Notes: generated from the sequence alone by a model not told the origin. Counted from the stretch's first letter, positions 1 to 8,934 are shown. The stretch: DNA of 64,000 bases from an uncultured Poribacteria bacterium (GCA_958296135.2 CATQHZ020000001.1:4928001-4992000); one strand, 5' to 3'. Made by a program: numbers and translations.

Positions 1-156
1 GATAGCGACAGCTAACGGTGCTTTTTTCGCCAACGCTTTGGTAAGTTCAGTGCTCGGCTCCACCGGTTCAATGTCGGCAAAGATGCCTTGGAGATCAAGT
101 TTTTCGAGGTGAAATGCTTCCCGTACCATCTCCAAGGTCCAACTGCTATATGCCAT
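1..156 (-). CDS. N-terminus (truncated by window edge) of a conserved hypothetical protein, probably PD-(D/E)XK/HsdR-N-like
   Basis: Manual translation from ATG at 156 gives MAYSSWTLEMVREAFHLEKLDLQGIFADIEPVEPSTELTKALAKKAPLAVAI, open to position 1, with GGGAGG upstream. It resembles the MAYSxFTL..V...F.L family; the fold assignment is inference. Confidence 0.6.
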   Translation of the reverse strand, partial: MAYSSWTLEMVREAFHLEKLDLQGIFADIEPVEPSTELTKALAKKAPLAVAI

Positions 157-269
157 GATGGGAGCCCTCCCTGAGAAGAGTTTCGTTTTCGTTATTGCAT
201 ATTTTTTGACTCGCTGCTATGATAGTATATCATTTTAATGCGAACATTGCAAGGAAAAAGGAGATTCTC

Positions 270-1052
270 ATGAGAATACTGTTATTTTGGATAATCCTCG
301 GCGCGACGCTTGCGCTTGGGATACACAGCGATGCAATTCGCGATGATGCAGACCTGGTTGTTTACTACTCCTTTGACGAAGATGAGAAGGAGGTAGCGGA
401 CGACAGCGGCAACGGATTCGATGCCGAAATCTCTGCGGCAGACTGGAGCAAAGAGGGTAAATTTGGCGGTGCCATGGAATTTGATGGCGCGAGCAGTGCT
501 GTCAAAAGCCCACCCGAAATCCCCGGCCTCACCGATGGAGAATTAACGGCGATGACTGTGGAGCATTGGGTGATGCTCAGCGCGATAACCGGTGATACAC
601 AGCAGGTTTGGGAGTCGTTGAACGCCGCCGGTGCTTGGCCCGCAGAGACTTTCATCGAAGGTGCCGCCGAGATGGTGTTTTACATCTACGACACGAAAGG
701 CACTGAACATCGCACGCCTATCCCGGAATTGCCCACCAAAAAGTGGGTGCATATCGCCGGCACCTATGATGGCAAAGTCCAGAAGTCCTATTTCAACGGC
801 AAAGTCGTAAGTGAGGATGCGTGGAGTGGGAAATTTGTTATCTTCCCTTCGCCGGCGGGTGCTATCGTCCTCGGTAAGGACAACGAAGCGGATATCCAGC
901 ATCTCAACGGCTTTATCGATGAGTTTGCGTTCTATACGCGCGCCTTGACAGAGGCTGAAATTAACGCCGATATGAACAAAGGCGTGCTATTTGCGGTAGA
1001 CCCGGCGGCGAAATTGAGCACGACGTGGGCAGGCATTAAGGCGGGGTATTGA
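270..1052 (+). CDS. Secreted LamG-like jellyroll (concanavalin A-like) protein with C-terminal TTW tail
   Basis: AGGAG RBS before ATG 270, signal peptide, LamG motifs YYSFDE, GKFGGAMEFDG, WVHIAGTYDG, GFIDEFAFYTRALT. Tail AVDPAAKLSTTWAGIK. Confidence 0.9.
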   Translation: MRILLFWIILGATLALGIHSDAIRDDADLVVYYSFDEDEKEVADDSGNGFDAEISAADWSKEGKFGGAMEFDGASSAVKSPPEIPGLTDGELTAMTVEHWVMLSAITGDTQQVWESLNAAGAWPAETFIEGAAEMVFYIYDTKGTEHRTPIPELPTKKWVHIAGTYDGKVQKSYFNGKVVSEDAWSGKFVIFPSPAGAIVLGKDNEADIQHLNGFIDEFAFYTRALTEAEINADMNKGVLFAVDPAAKLSTTWAGIKAGY

Positions 1053-1126
1053 AGGGAAAATTTTCGTGCCGGTTGAGGGTTCGCGAGGGCCAGGTCTTCG
1101 CGCGACGGTTAAAAATTTGACAATAA

Positions 1127-2095
1127 ATGCGAATTTTGCTAACATGTCTGCTGAGCCTCGTGCTTGCTATCGGTAACACTTCGGGACAACTGATGCCGCC
1201 TGTCCCCTTCGCGTTTGCATCAGATGTGAACGGTGATTGGGACATCTACCTGACAGACACGGCGGGCGCGCAACCGGTGAATCTCACGAACCACCCGGAT
1301 GCGGATTACTATCCGAGTTGGGCACCCGATGGCACGCAGCTCGCCTTTTTCTCACGGCGCGATGCAAATCACGAAATCTACGTGATGCACGCCGATGGCA
1401 CGAATCAGAGACGTGTGACGCATCACCCGGCAACCGATAAGGCACCCGCCTGGGCACCCGATGGCGAACGCATCGCTTTCACGTCCAATCGGAAAGGGCA
1501 TTTTGACATCTACCTGCTGCATCTTAAAAGTGGCGAACTGGTCAGTCTGACCGGAAACCCGTTTCAAGACGAGGTGCCGACCTGGGCACCCGATGGAAAC
1601 AAACTCGTTTTCCATTCAAAACGGGGACTCAATTGGGATGTCTACGTGATAGATGTCAACAGCCAAGTGGAACAGCGGTTGACGCATCAGCGGTTGATGG
1701 ATGTCTACCCGGCGTGGGCACCCGATGGCGCGAGCATCGTGTATGCTTCAATGCGTGGCGACGACTTCGATCTCTGGACGATGGAAACCGATGGAGGGAA
1801 CAAGAATCCCATCACCGACACGCCAACGGACGAGGCGGTTCCCGCCTGGTCTGCCGATGGGGCCTACATCGCGTTTCAATTTGAGAAGGATGGCAGATGG
1901 GTTATCCAACTCATGAAGGCAGATGGGAGCGAACGCCGTGAACTGATTGACAACAATGCTTGGGCCGCGCAACCGAAATGGAAGCCTATTGGTTCGGATG
2001 CGCTGCGAATAAAAGCGGCGGGTGGATATAGTCGGCAAAAACTTTGGCCACCCCTACAAATTCGGCAGTGGGGCGACATTAAAGCCCCAAAATAA
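1127..2095 (+). CDS. Secreted TolB-like/PD40 beta-propeller protein
   Basis: Signal peptide and 5-6 repeats of LT...D..P.W.PDG..(L/I)(A/V)F.S.R. Degenerate tail QWGDIK. Confidence 0.9.
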   Translation: MRILLTCLLSLVLAIGNTSGQLMPPVPFAFASDVNGDWDIYLTDTAGAQPVNLTNHPDADYYPSWAPDGTQLAFFSRRDANHEIYVMHADGTNQRRVTHHPATDKAPAWAPDGERIAFTSNRKGHFDIYLLHLKSGELVSLTGNPFQDEVPTWAPDGNKLVFHSKRGLNWDVYVIDVNSQVEQRLTHQRLMDVYPAWAPDGASIVYASMRGDDFDLWTMETDGGNKNPITDTPTDEAVPAWSADGAYIAFQFEKDGRWVIQLMKADGSERRELIDNNAWAAQPKWKPIGSDALRIKAAGGYSRQKLWPPLQIRQWGDIKAPK

Positions 2096-2114
2096 AAATA
2101 AAGGAGATGTTTTT

Positions 2115-2762
2115 ATGCGTTATAGAACGTTCATATTTGGGATGCTCTTCATAGCCGGTGCCTTGCTGATAAGTGGGCTCAGCTACGGCTTTGATTGGGC
2201 AATTGAAGCAGAAATGGCGGACACCATTGAAGCACCGATGATAGTCGCTGACGATGCGGATGCCTCCGGCGGCCAATATGTGTGGATGGAAGGCCCACCC
2301 GCAACCGGCGGCGGGGGTGAAGGCTGGGTGGAATACAAACTGGACCTGCCTGCTGGCACCTATGCCTTGTGGGGCAAAGTCATCGCCGAAGATGGCAATA
2401 GCGATTCGTTCTGGGTGACATGGCAACCCGCCGATGCGGACGAAGACGCGCAGCTGACACAGAATACCGAGTTCCGATGGGGTGTCGGCCAAAGCGCAGA
2501 GTGGCACTGGGACCGGATTAATCACTGGCTCGATGGCGGGACGTTTGAACGGGAATGGGAACAGCCCGGCGGCGAAACTACGCTCCGCATCGCTGTCCGC
2601 GAAGACGCAACGAAGTTAGATGTGATTTTCATCACGGATAACCTCTCCGAGGACGCAGCGGAAGTAGGCCCCCGCGACCCGGGCCCCGAAGATTCTCTCA
2701 CCCCGGTTGAACCGCAAGATAAACTTGCAACAACGTGGGGAAAACTGAAACAGGCACGGTAA
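2115..2762 (+). CDS. Secreted beta-sandwich (carbohydrate-binding-module-like) protein with TTW tail
   Basis: AAGGAG RBS, signal peptide, IEAE...ASGG.Y/DSFWV/REDATKLD motifs typical of galactose-binding-like CBM folds. Tail PVEPQDKLATTWGKLK. Confidence 0.8.
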   Translation: MRYRTFIFGMLFIAGALLISGLSYGFDWAIEAEMADTIEAPMIVADDADASGGQYVWMEGPPATGGGGEGWVEYKLDLPAGTYALWGKVIAEDGNSDSFWVTWQPADADEDAQLTQNTEFRWGVGQSAEWHWDRINHWLDGGTFEREWEQPGGETTLRIAVREDATKLDVIFITDNLSEDAAEVGPRDPGPEDSLTPVEPQDKLATTWGKLKQAR

Positions 2763-2869
2763 CTTCTGGTGGTTCCGGGAGGCGCGGTTTGAAACCGCGC
2801 CTACGGGGAGTGTGCAACTCGGTAGGGCGAGCCGACAACGCGCCTTACCGTAAAAGAAAGGAGGTTTTT

Positions 2870-3544
2870 ATGAAATACTGGGTAATTTTTCTTCTACTCT
2901 TTCTGCCGGTGTTCGCCGGGATTCCAGCGGGATTCGGTGCCGATATCGAAATCGCTTTGGAAGCCGAACTGGCGGATGAGATTGTAGAACCGATGATTAT
3001 TGACGAAGAAAAAACGGCTTCCGATGGGAAATTCATCTGGATGGAAGGACTGCCTGCCACCGGGGGCGGCGGTGTCGGTTGGGCAGAATTTATCATCAAT
3101 ATCCCCGCACCCGGCAAGTATGCACTCTGGGGACATGTTACCGCATGGGATGGCAACAGCGATTCCTTTTGGGTAACATGGCAACCCGCCGACCCGGACG
3201 AAGACGCGCAACAGACGCAGAATACTGAGTTCCGCTGGGGTGTCGCACAAGGCGGCGCATGGCACTGGGACCGCATCAATCACTGGCTTGATGGCGGCAC
3301 ATTCGACCGGGAGTGGAAGTTCGCGAAAGCCGGCGAAACCGTCCTCCGCATCGCCGTGCGCGAAGACGCGACGATGCTAGACGCGCTGTTTGTCACATCA
3401 AATGTCAAAGCAACGGCAGAGGATGCCGCAAACGTCCGTCTACCTACCGACAAGGACCGGAAAATCCAGATTGAGGGACTTGCCGTGGACGCAAAAGGCA
3501 AAGCCGCTACGACATGGGGCTCCCTCAAAAAGGCGTATCGGTAA
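2870..3544 (+). CDS. Paralogue of 2115..2762, secreted CBM-like protein with TTW tail
   Basis: AGGAGG RBS. Core nearly identical to the upstream gene (DGNSDSFWVTWQPAD.DEDAQ.TQNTEFRWGV...WHWDRINHWLDGGTF). Tail AVDAKGKAATTWGSLK. Confidence 0.8.
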   Translation: MKYWVIFLLLFLPVFAGIPAGFGADIEIALEAELADEIVEPMIIDEEKTASDGKFIWMEGLPATGGGGVGWAEFIINIPAPGKYALWGHVTAWDGNSDSFWVTWQPADPDEDAQQTQNTEFRWGVAQGGAWHWDRINHWLDGGTFDREWKFAKAGETVLRIAVREDATMLDALFVTSNVKATAEDAANVRLPTDKDRKIQIEGLAVDAKGKAATTWGSLKKAYR

Positions 3545-3966
3545 TACCCACCGAACTCGTTTCTTACACCGTAGGGCGAGGGCCTGTCCCTCGCCATGCT
3601 TAGGGCGTTCCTCATATCGTTTTTTATACCGTAGGGCGAGGGCCTGTCCCTCGCCATGCCCGCCTCCCATATCCAGCCATTCCGAAACAGATAGGACCGG
3701 TTGCGATAATATTCAATTCGCCACCGGTCAAATCCCCGTTCAAATTCAACGACGCGCGCCGGTGGGCCGAGGCGGTGTTGCAAATCTTCAGCCGCCTGCT
3801 TATCGCGCGTAACAAGCGAGTGTGTCAAATAGGCGAGCCCACCGAGGATCCCGACGAGCGTGAGTTTCCCTCTATTTTTCGCCGAAAGGAATCCTTCTGC
3901 TTGTGGGATGCCGCCTAAAAAAAGGAAGGCGATGAGGAAGAGGCAAACTGTTTTTTTAGGTTTCAT
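3280..3966 (-). CDS. Small membrane/secreted hypothetical protein whose reading frame runs on through REP repeats
   Basis: MKPKKTVCLFLIAFLFLGG signal and second hydrophobic segment. Protein-like sequence lasts to ~3660, then reads REP-derived sequence and overlaps the convergent gene. Confidence 0.5.
   Translation of the reverse strand: MKPKKTVCLFLIAFLFLGGIPQAEGFLSAKNRGKLTLVGILGGLAYLTHSLVTRDKQAAEDLQHRLGPPARVVEFERGFDRWRIEYYRNRSYLFRNGWIWEAGMARDRPSPYGIKNDMRNALSMARDRPSPYGVRNEFGGYYRYAFLREPHVVAALPFASTASPSIWIFRSLSVGRRTFAASSAVALTFDVTNSASSIVASSRTAMRRTVSPAFANFHSRSNVPPSSQ
3568..3661. repeat. Tandem GTAG-type REP palindromes
   Basis: Two copies of accgtagggcgagggcctgtccctcgccatgc 60 bp apart. Confidence 0.85.
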
Positions 3967-3985
3967 CCGGTTTCTGACGCTCCTG

Positions 3986-4100
3986 CATGGCGAGGCACAA
4001 GGCCGCGCCCTACGGTAAAGGGAAGGTTTTCGTAATCGAGAGACCGCGAGGCACAAGGCCGCGCCCTACGGTAAAGGGGAGGTTTTCGTGATCGAGAGTC
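3986..4100. repeat. REP-type tandem repeat
   Basis: Two copies of gcgaggcacaaggccgcgccctacggtaaaggg..aggttttcgt.atcgagag. Confidence 0.8.
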
Positions 4101-4317
4101 TGGCGCGAGCTGTTCCCATTCGGCGATGATGGTTTTTCCATCGTCGGGCGGTTGGCTGCACCGCTAGTGCGAGTGTGGTGGAAAAACCATAGGGGACTCT
4201 GGCCCAAAAAGCGAGTCCTCGCCGCCGTGCTCTTGGACAAATTCACGCTTCTTCTCCAGATACACATCGTTCCCTGGATGCGGATAGAGTTGTGCTTGAA
4301 GTTCCGCGTGCCTTGGG

Positions 4318-4416
4318 ACGCGGTTTCTGTGAAAAAATCGCGTTAAAAGTTGCGATTTCTATCAACTTCGTATTAAGAATACCACATTATTGTTCGTTTG
4401 TCTGTCAAATTAAAAT
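4318..4416 (-). promoter_or_regulatory. ~95-bp AT-rich promoter-bearing segment directly repeated at 9497-9592
   Basis: ctgtgaaaaaatcgcgttaaaagttgcgatttctatcaacttcgtattaa...ccacattattgttcgtttgtc is shared. The minus strand reads ..GACA-AACGAACAATAATGTGG-TATTCT. Confidence 0.7.
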
Positions 4417-4507
4417 GCGGAAAAATTGAAGAAAGTTGCTGCGTACGCTTCTGCTTGAAAAGCGAGGAGCCACAAGAGGACAGCGATGGGGAGAATCAAT
4501 GTGTGTT

Positions 4508-4981
4508 TCATTGTTGTCCTCCCCTGTAGACGCGTGGCGGCCGTCGTGGCGGCCTTTTTGCGTCATGGGCTCTGCTCCTTTCCCACCAATCCTCCTGCTT
4601 TTGCATGTGTGTCTTTAGTTTTTCAGCGAAGGCTAGCCGTTCTTCGGGCATCATGTTGGCGATGCGTTGGTGCTCCTCTGCGACGCGTTTGTTTATCATT
4701 TCAATACCGCCTTCACCGCTTATATGAGGAAAAGGATCCTCTCGGTCCAATAACTCCCCTTCGGCTCTCAGTATGATTTCTTTTTCTGCCCATGCGCGGT
4801 ATTCGGGGGAATAACCCTTCGTGCTTCGGATGACCCGCAACCGTTCGACGTATTCCGGGGTTGCGAGGATGTCCTCTAGCGATGCATCAAATTCCTGCTT
4901 CTGCCATTCGGCCCAGAAGTAGATGCCGGTGCAGAAAGCGATGAGGATGGCTATCGCGATAACCGGGTTTTTCGGGTTCAT
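4508..4981 (-). CDS. Membrane-anchored hypothetical protein sharing only the N-terminal anchor module with the array paralogues
   Basis: GGAGA RBS before ATG 4981. IYFWAEWQKQEFDASL matches IYFYAEWQKAQFDAAL of the neighbours; the C-terminus is unrelated and helical. Confidence 0.75.
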   Translation of the reverse strand: MNPKNPVIAIAILIAFCTGIYFWAEWQKQEFDASLEDILATPEYVERLRVIRSTKGYSPEYRAWAEKEIILRAEGELLDREDPFPHISGEGGIEMINKRVAEEHQRIANMMPEERLAFAEKLKTHMQKQEDWWERSRAHDAKRPPRRPPRVYRGGQQ

Positions 4982-5194
4982 TATCAAATTCTCCATTGCG
5001 CGCTTTTGATGGCGCGCGGTTGGTAAACGTTATCTATATCTCTCTGTCGGCGCGAGTGGTTCGCGCGGGGTTGTGTCAAAATGGATTTGACAGGTTAAAG
5101 TTGATTTTAACACGCATTGATTTTTTCTGAAGAAAAGTACGCGTTAAAATGTGTGATGGGCGGATAGAAATATCCACCCTGACAGATTGCGCGT

Positions 5195-6013
5195 CTACTT
5201 TTTGAGTTGGCGGATGGCCTCCTTCACTCGTCTGCTCCTGGGATCCTCCGCCAGTATCCGCTCGAGTTTTGGCAGGATGATGTGTGCCACGATGCCGTCT
5301 AAGTCTGACCGGTGCTGTGTGCCAACCTGCCTTAGGATTCTAGCAGCGTTCGCCACGCCTCTGGTATAATGTTCGTCCCCTTCTTTCAAATCCAGATAGG
5401 GGATGAGGTAGGGAACAGATGGGGGTCCCATGGCGACGAGTGCTTCGGTGAGAGGGCTGCCTCCAATAGGGCTCTCAACCTGATAAGCGACGAGGATTTC
5501 AATGGAGCGGGGATCGCGGAGGGGACAGAGTGCCTCCATCAACATGACGATTTCTTCGGTATTGTCGTCAGGGCCCCCTTCGTAGCCAAGGTTCACCGGT
5601 GGTGGTGTCAATTGCGCGATGAGTGCTGGGGTTCGGGGGTCTGCGGTGCCGCCCCAGGCGAAGGGATTTTCCATAATATAGTCAAGTTTGGCCCAGGCTT
5701 TGGCAACCGGGTCCTCGGCATCAAGTTCGGCGAGGTTTTCGGGTTTGCTTGCCTCGTGCGGGCTGCCGGTGCTGGGTGGTTTCCAGTCGTCGCTGGGTAT
5801 GAGTTCGGTCTCGCCGGTGTCGTTATTGTGTGCATCGTCGGCGGGTTTCCAGTCACCGTCGGGTTTCCCGTGGCCGCCGGGTTGTTCGTCGGCGGCGGGT
5901 GGCACGGGGAGTGCTGCGTCGAATTGTGCTTTCTGCCATTCAGCATAGAAGTAGATGGCGAGGCAGAGCGCGAGCAGGATGCAGATTGCGCTGATGATAG
6001 TTTTGCCGTTCAT
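5195..6013 (-). CDS. Membrane-anchored HEAT-repeat-like protein, array 1 copy
   Basis: N-terminal TM, Pro/Asp-rich linker, helical domain with LRDPRSIE.L / ALVAMGPPSVPYLIPYL (HEAT/PBS-lyase-like). Confidence 0.8.
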   Translation of the reverse strand: MNGKTIISAICILLALCLAIYFYAEWQKAQFDAALPVPPAADEQPGGHGKPDGDWKPADDAHNNDTGETELIPSDDWKPPSTGSPHEASKPENLAELDAEDPVAKAWAKLDYIMENPFAWGGTADPRTPALIAQLTPPPVNLGYEGGPDDNTEEIVMLMEALCPLRDPRSIEILVAYQVESPIGGSPLTEALVAMGPPSVPYLIPYLDLKEGDEHYTRGVANAARILRQVGTQHRSDLDGIVAHIILPKLERILAEDPRSRRVKEAIRQLKK

Positions 6014-6127
6014 TTGGGTTCTCCTATTGGAAACGTTTTTGTGTCAAAACGTTTGTTTTGACGGGTTGGTGTTTATGCGAGGGAGAGGGTTTTCTCTCTC
6101 CCTCGCGCGAGGGGAACAGGGACATCC

Positions 6128-6961
6128 CTATCTTTTCAGACGCGCAACGGCTCCCTTTATGCCCATGGCTATAGGGTACATAATCTTATCGTTTGCTTGC
6201 AGCGCCTCCAATTTCGGCAGGAGGATGTACTCTACAATGCTATCTAATTCCGCACGGTGCTGCGCCCCGATATGGCCTAAGACCTTAGAAGCTACACTCA
6301 TGCCCCTGCTGCCCAAGTTATCGGGAAATTGCGGCGATGGATCTTCTTCACCTTCACCCATATCGTCCAGATAGGGGATGAGATAGGGGACAACGGGCGG
6401 CCCCATGGCGATGAGGGCTCTCTCAACATTGCCACTCATTATGTTCCCACCACACTGATATGCGATGAGGGTTTCGATGGACCGCGGGTCGCGGAGATCG
6501 GCGAGTTCGTCTAGCAAGGCACCGATTTCTTCTGCATGGGCCTCGCTCTCAAGATAGTCAACTATCGGTGTCAATTGTTGGACGAGCCCTGCGGTTCGGG
6601 GGTCTGCGGTGCCGCCCCAGGCGAAGGGGTTTTCCATAATATAGTCAAGTTTGGCCCAGGCCTTGGCGATGGGGTCGGCTGCATCGAGTTCGTCGAGGTT
6701 GCCGGGTTTGACGAGTGCTGGCAGTTCAATATGTTGTTGCCAGTCGACGCTGGGTATCAGGTCGCCGGTGTCGTCATGTGCATCGTCGGCGGGTTTCCAG
6801 TCACCGTCGGGTTTCCCGTGGCCGCCGGGTTGTTCGTCGGCGGCGGGTGGCACGGGGAGTGCTGCGTCGAATTGTGCTTTCTGCCATTCAGCATAGAAGT
6901 AGATGGCGAGGCAGAGCGCGAGTAGGATGCAGATTGCGCTGATGAGGGTTTTGGCGTTCAT
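6128..6961 (-). CDS. Membrane-anchored HEAT-repeat-like protein, array 1 copy
   Basis: Paralogue with AGGAGA RBS. C-terminal half nearly identical to 7076..7912, middle segment nearly identical to 8030..8830. Confidence 0.8.
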   Translation of the reverse strand: MNAKTLISAICILLALCLAIYFYAEWQKAQFDAALPVPPAADEQPGGHGKPDGDWKPADDAHDDTGDLIPSVDWQQHIELPALVKPGNLDELDAADPIAKAWAKLDYIMENPFAWGGTADPRTAGLVQQLTPIVDYLESEAHAEEIGALLDELADLRDPRSIETLIAYQCGGNIMSGNVERALIAMGPPVVPYLIPYLDDMGEGEEDPSPQFPDNLGSRGMSVASKVLGHIGAQHRAELDSIVEYILLPKLEALQANDKIMYPIAMGIKGAVARLKR

Positions 6962-7075
6962 GAGGGTTCTCCTATTGGAAACGTTTTTGTGTCAAAACGT
7001 TTGTTTTGACAGGTTTGTGTTTATGCGAGGGACAGGGTTTTCTCTCTCCCTCGCGCGAGGGGAACAGGGACATCC

Positions 7076-7912
7076 CTATCTTTTCAGACGCGCAACGGCT
7101 TCCTTTATGCCCATGGCTATAGGGTACATAATCTTATTGTTTGCTTGCAGCGCCTCCAATTTCGGCAGGAGGATGTACTCTACAATGCCATCTAATTCCG
7201 CACGGTGCTGCGCCCCGATATGGCTTAAGACATTAGCAGCTACACTCATGCCCCTGCTGCCCAAGTTATCGGGAAATTGCGGCGATGGATCTTCTTCACC
7301 TTCACCCATATCGTCCAGATAGGGGATGAGATAGGGGACAACGGGCGGCCCCATGGCGATGAGGGCTCTCTCAACATTGCCACTCATTATGTTCCCACCA
7401 CACTGATATGCGATGAGGGTTTCGATGGACCGCGGGTCGCGGAGATCGGCGAGTGGGTCTAGCAGGCTGTAGATTTCTTCGGCGTGTGCTTCACCCTCAA
7501 TCATATCGGGGGGTGGCATCAATTGCTGTATCAGCCCTGGGGTTCGGGGGTCAGCGGTGCCGCCCCAGGCGAATCGGTTGTCGGCGATGTCGTCAAGTTT
7601 GGCCCAGGCTTTGGCGATGGGGTCGTCTGCATCGAGTTCGTCGAGGTTGCCGGGTTTGACGAGTTCTGGCAGTTCAATATGTTGTTGCCAGTCGACGCTG
7701 GGTATCAGGTCGCCGGTGTCGTCATGTGCATCGTCGGCGGCGGGTTTCCAGTCACCGTCGGGTTTCCCGTGGCCGCCGGGTTGTTCGTCGGCGGCGGGTG
7801 GCACGGGGAGTGCTGCGTCGAATTGTGCTTTTTGCCATTCGGCGTAGAAGTAGATAGCAAGGCAGAGCGCGAGCAGGATGCAGAAGCTGCTGATGAGGGT
7901 TTTGGCGTTCAT
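7076..7912 (-). CDS. Membrane-anchored HEAT-repeat-like protein, array 1 copy
   Basis: Paralogue with the same architecture and conserved intergenic spacer. Confidence 0.8.
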   Translation of the reverse strand: MNAKTLISSFCILLALCLAIYFYAEWQKAQFDAALPVPPAADEQPGGHGKPDGDWKPAADDAHDDTGDLIPSVDWQQHIELPELVKPGNLDELDADDPIAKAWAKLDDIADNRFAWGGTADPRTPGLIQQLMPPPDMIEGEAHAEEIYSLLDPLADLRDPRSIETLIAYQCGGNIMSGNVERALIAMGPPVVPYLIPYLDDMGEGEEDPSPQFPDNLGSRGMSVAANVLSHIGAQHRAELDGIVEYILLPKLEALQANNKIMYPIAMGIKEAVARLKR

Positions 7913-8029
7913 GAGGGTTCTCCTATTGGAAACGTTTTTGTGGCAAAACGTTTGTTTTCACAGATTGGTGTTTATGCGCGGGAGAGGGTTTCTCTCTCCC
8001 GCGCGAGGGTCAGGGCCGGGGTGGCGGCC

Positions 8030-8830
8030 CTATCTTTTGAGCCGGGCGATGGCCTCCTCCAAGTCCCGTACTCGAATCTCTGTAGGGAATGGATCTGTAA
8101 GTGCCAGCCCCAATTGTTTCTCCAATTTTGGCAGGATGATGTGTTTGACGATACCGTCTAACTCCACCCGGTGCCGGGCCCCGATATGGCCCAAGACATG
8201 AGGGGCAACATACACGCCCATGGCCTCATCGTCCTCTTCGTCCAGATAGGGGATGAGGTAGGGGACAACGGGCGGCCCCATGGCGATGAGGGCTTCGCTG
8301 ACAGGGGCAGTTCCTATGTTACCCCCACACTGATAAGCGACGAGGGTTTCGATGGACCGCGGGTCGCGGAGATAGGCGAGTTCGTCTAGCAAGGCACCGA
8401 TTTCTTCTGCATGGGCCTCGCTCTCAAGATAGTCAACTATCGGTGTCAATTGTTGGACGAGCCCTGGGGTTCGGGGGTCTGCGGTGCCGCCCCAGGCGAA
8501 GGGATTTTCCATAATATAGTCAAGTTTGGCCCAGGCTTTGGCGACGGGGTCGTCTGCATCGAGTTCGTCGAGGTTGCCGGGTTTGACGAGTTCTGGCAGT
8601 TCAATATGTTGTTGCCAGTCGACGCTGGGTATCAGGTCACCGGTGTCGTTATGTGCATCGTCGGCGTGCCATTCACCGTCGTGCCAGTGGCCGCCGGGTT
8701 GTTCGTCGGCGGCGGGTGGCACGGGGAGTGCTGCGTCGAATTGTGCTTTCTGCCATTCGGCGTAGAAGTAGATAGCAAGGCAGAGCGCGAGCAGGAGGCA
8801 TATTGCGCTGATGAGGGTTTTGGCGTTCAT
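8030..8830 (-). CDS. Membrane-anchored HEAT-repeat-like protein, array 1 first gene
   Basis: ATG 8830 after AGGAGA. Carries GGHWHDGEWH. C-terminal half nearly identical to 22033..22842 and 23929..24747. Confidence 0.8.
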   Translation of the reverse strand: MNAKTLISAICLLLALCLAIYFYAEWQKAQFDAALPVPPAADEQPGGHWHDGEWHADDAHNDTGDLIPSVDWQQHIELPELVKPGNLDELDADDPVAKAWAKLDYIMENPFAWGGTADPRTPGLVQQLTPIVDYLESEAHAEEIGALLDELAYLRDPRSIETLVAYQCGGNIGTAPVSEALIAMGPPVVPYLIPYLDEEDDEAMGVYVAPHVLGHIGARHRVELDGIVKHIILPKLEKQLGLALTDPFPTEIRVRDLEEAIARLKR

Positions 8831-8934
8831 GAGGGTTCTCCTTTGGAAACGTTTTATAGCAATCAAGTCGAGACCAGGAGGGCTCTCCTACAAGAGGGCC
8901 TCGAGACCTTTTGTCTCTCCTACAGGACTCCGCT

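Noticed and set aside
5195-8830. Array genes as type IV pilins or as integron cassettes
   Set aside because: The N-terminus G/A-K-T-L-I-S lacks the prepilin F+1 and E+5 residues, spacers lack attC core sites, and no integrase is in the window.
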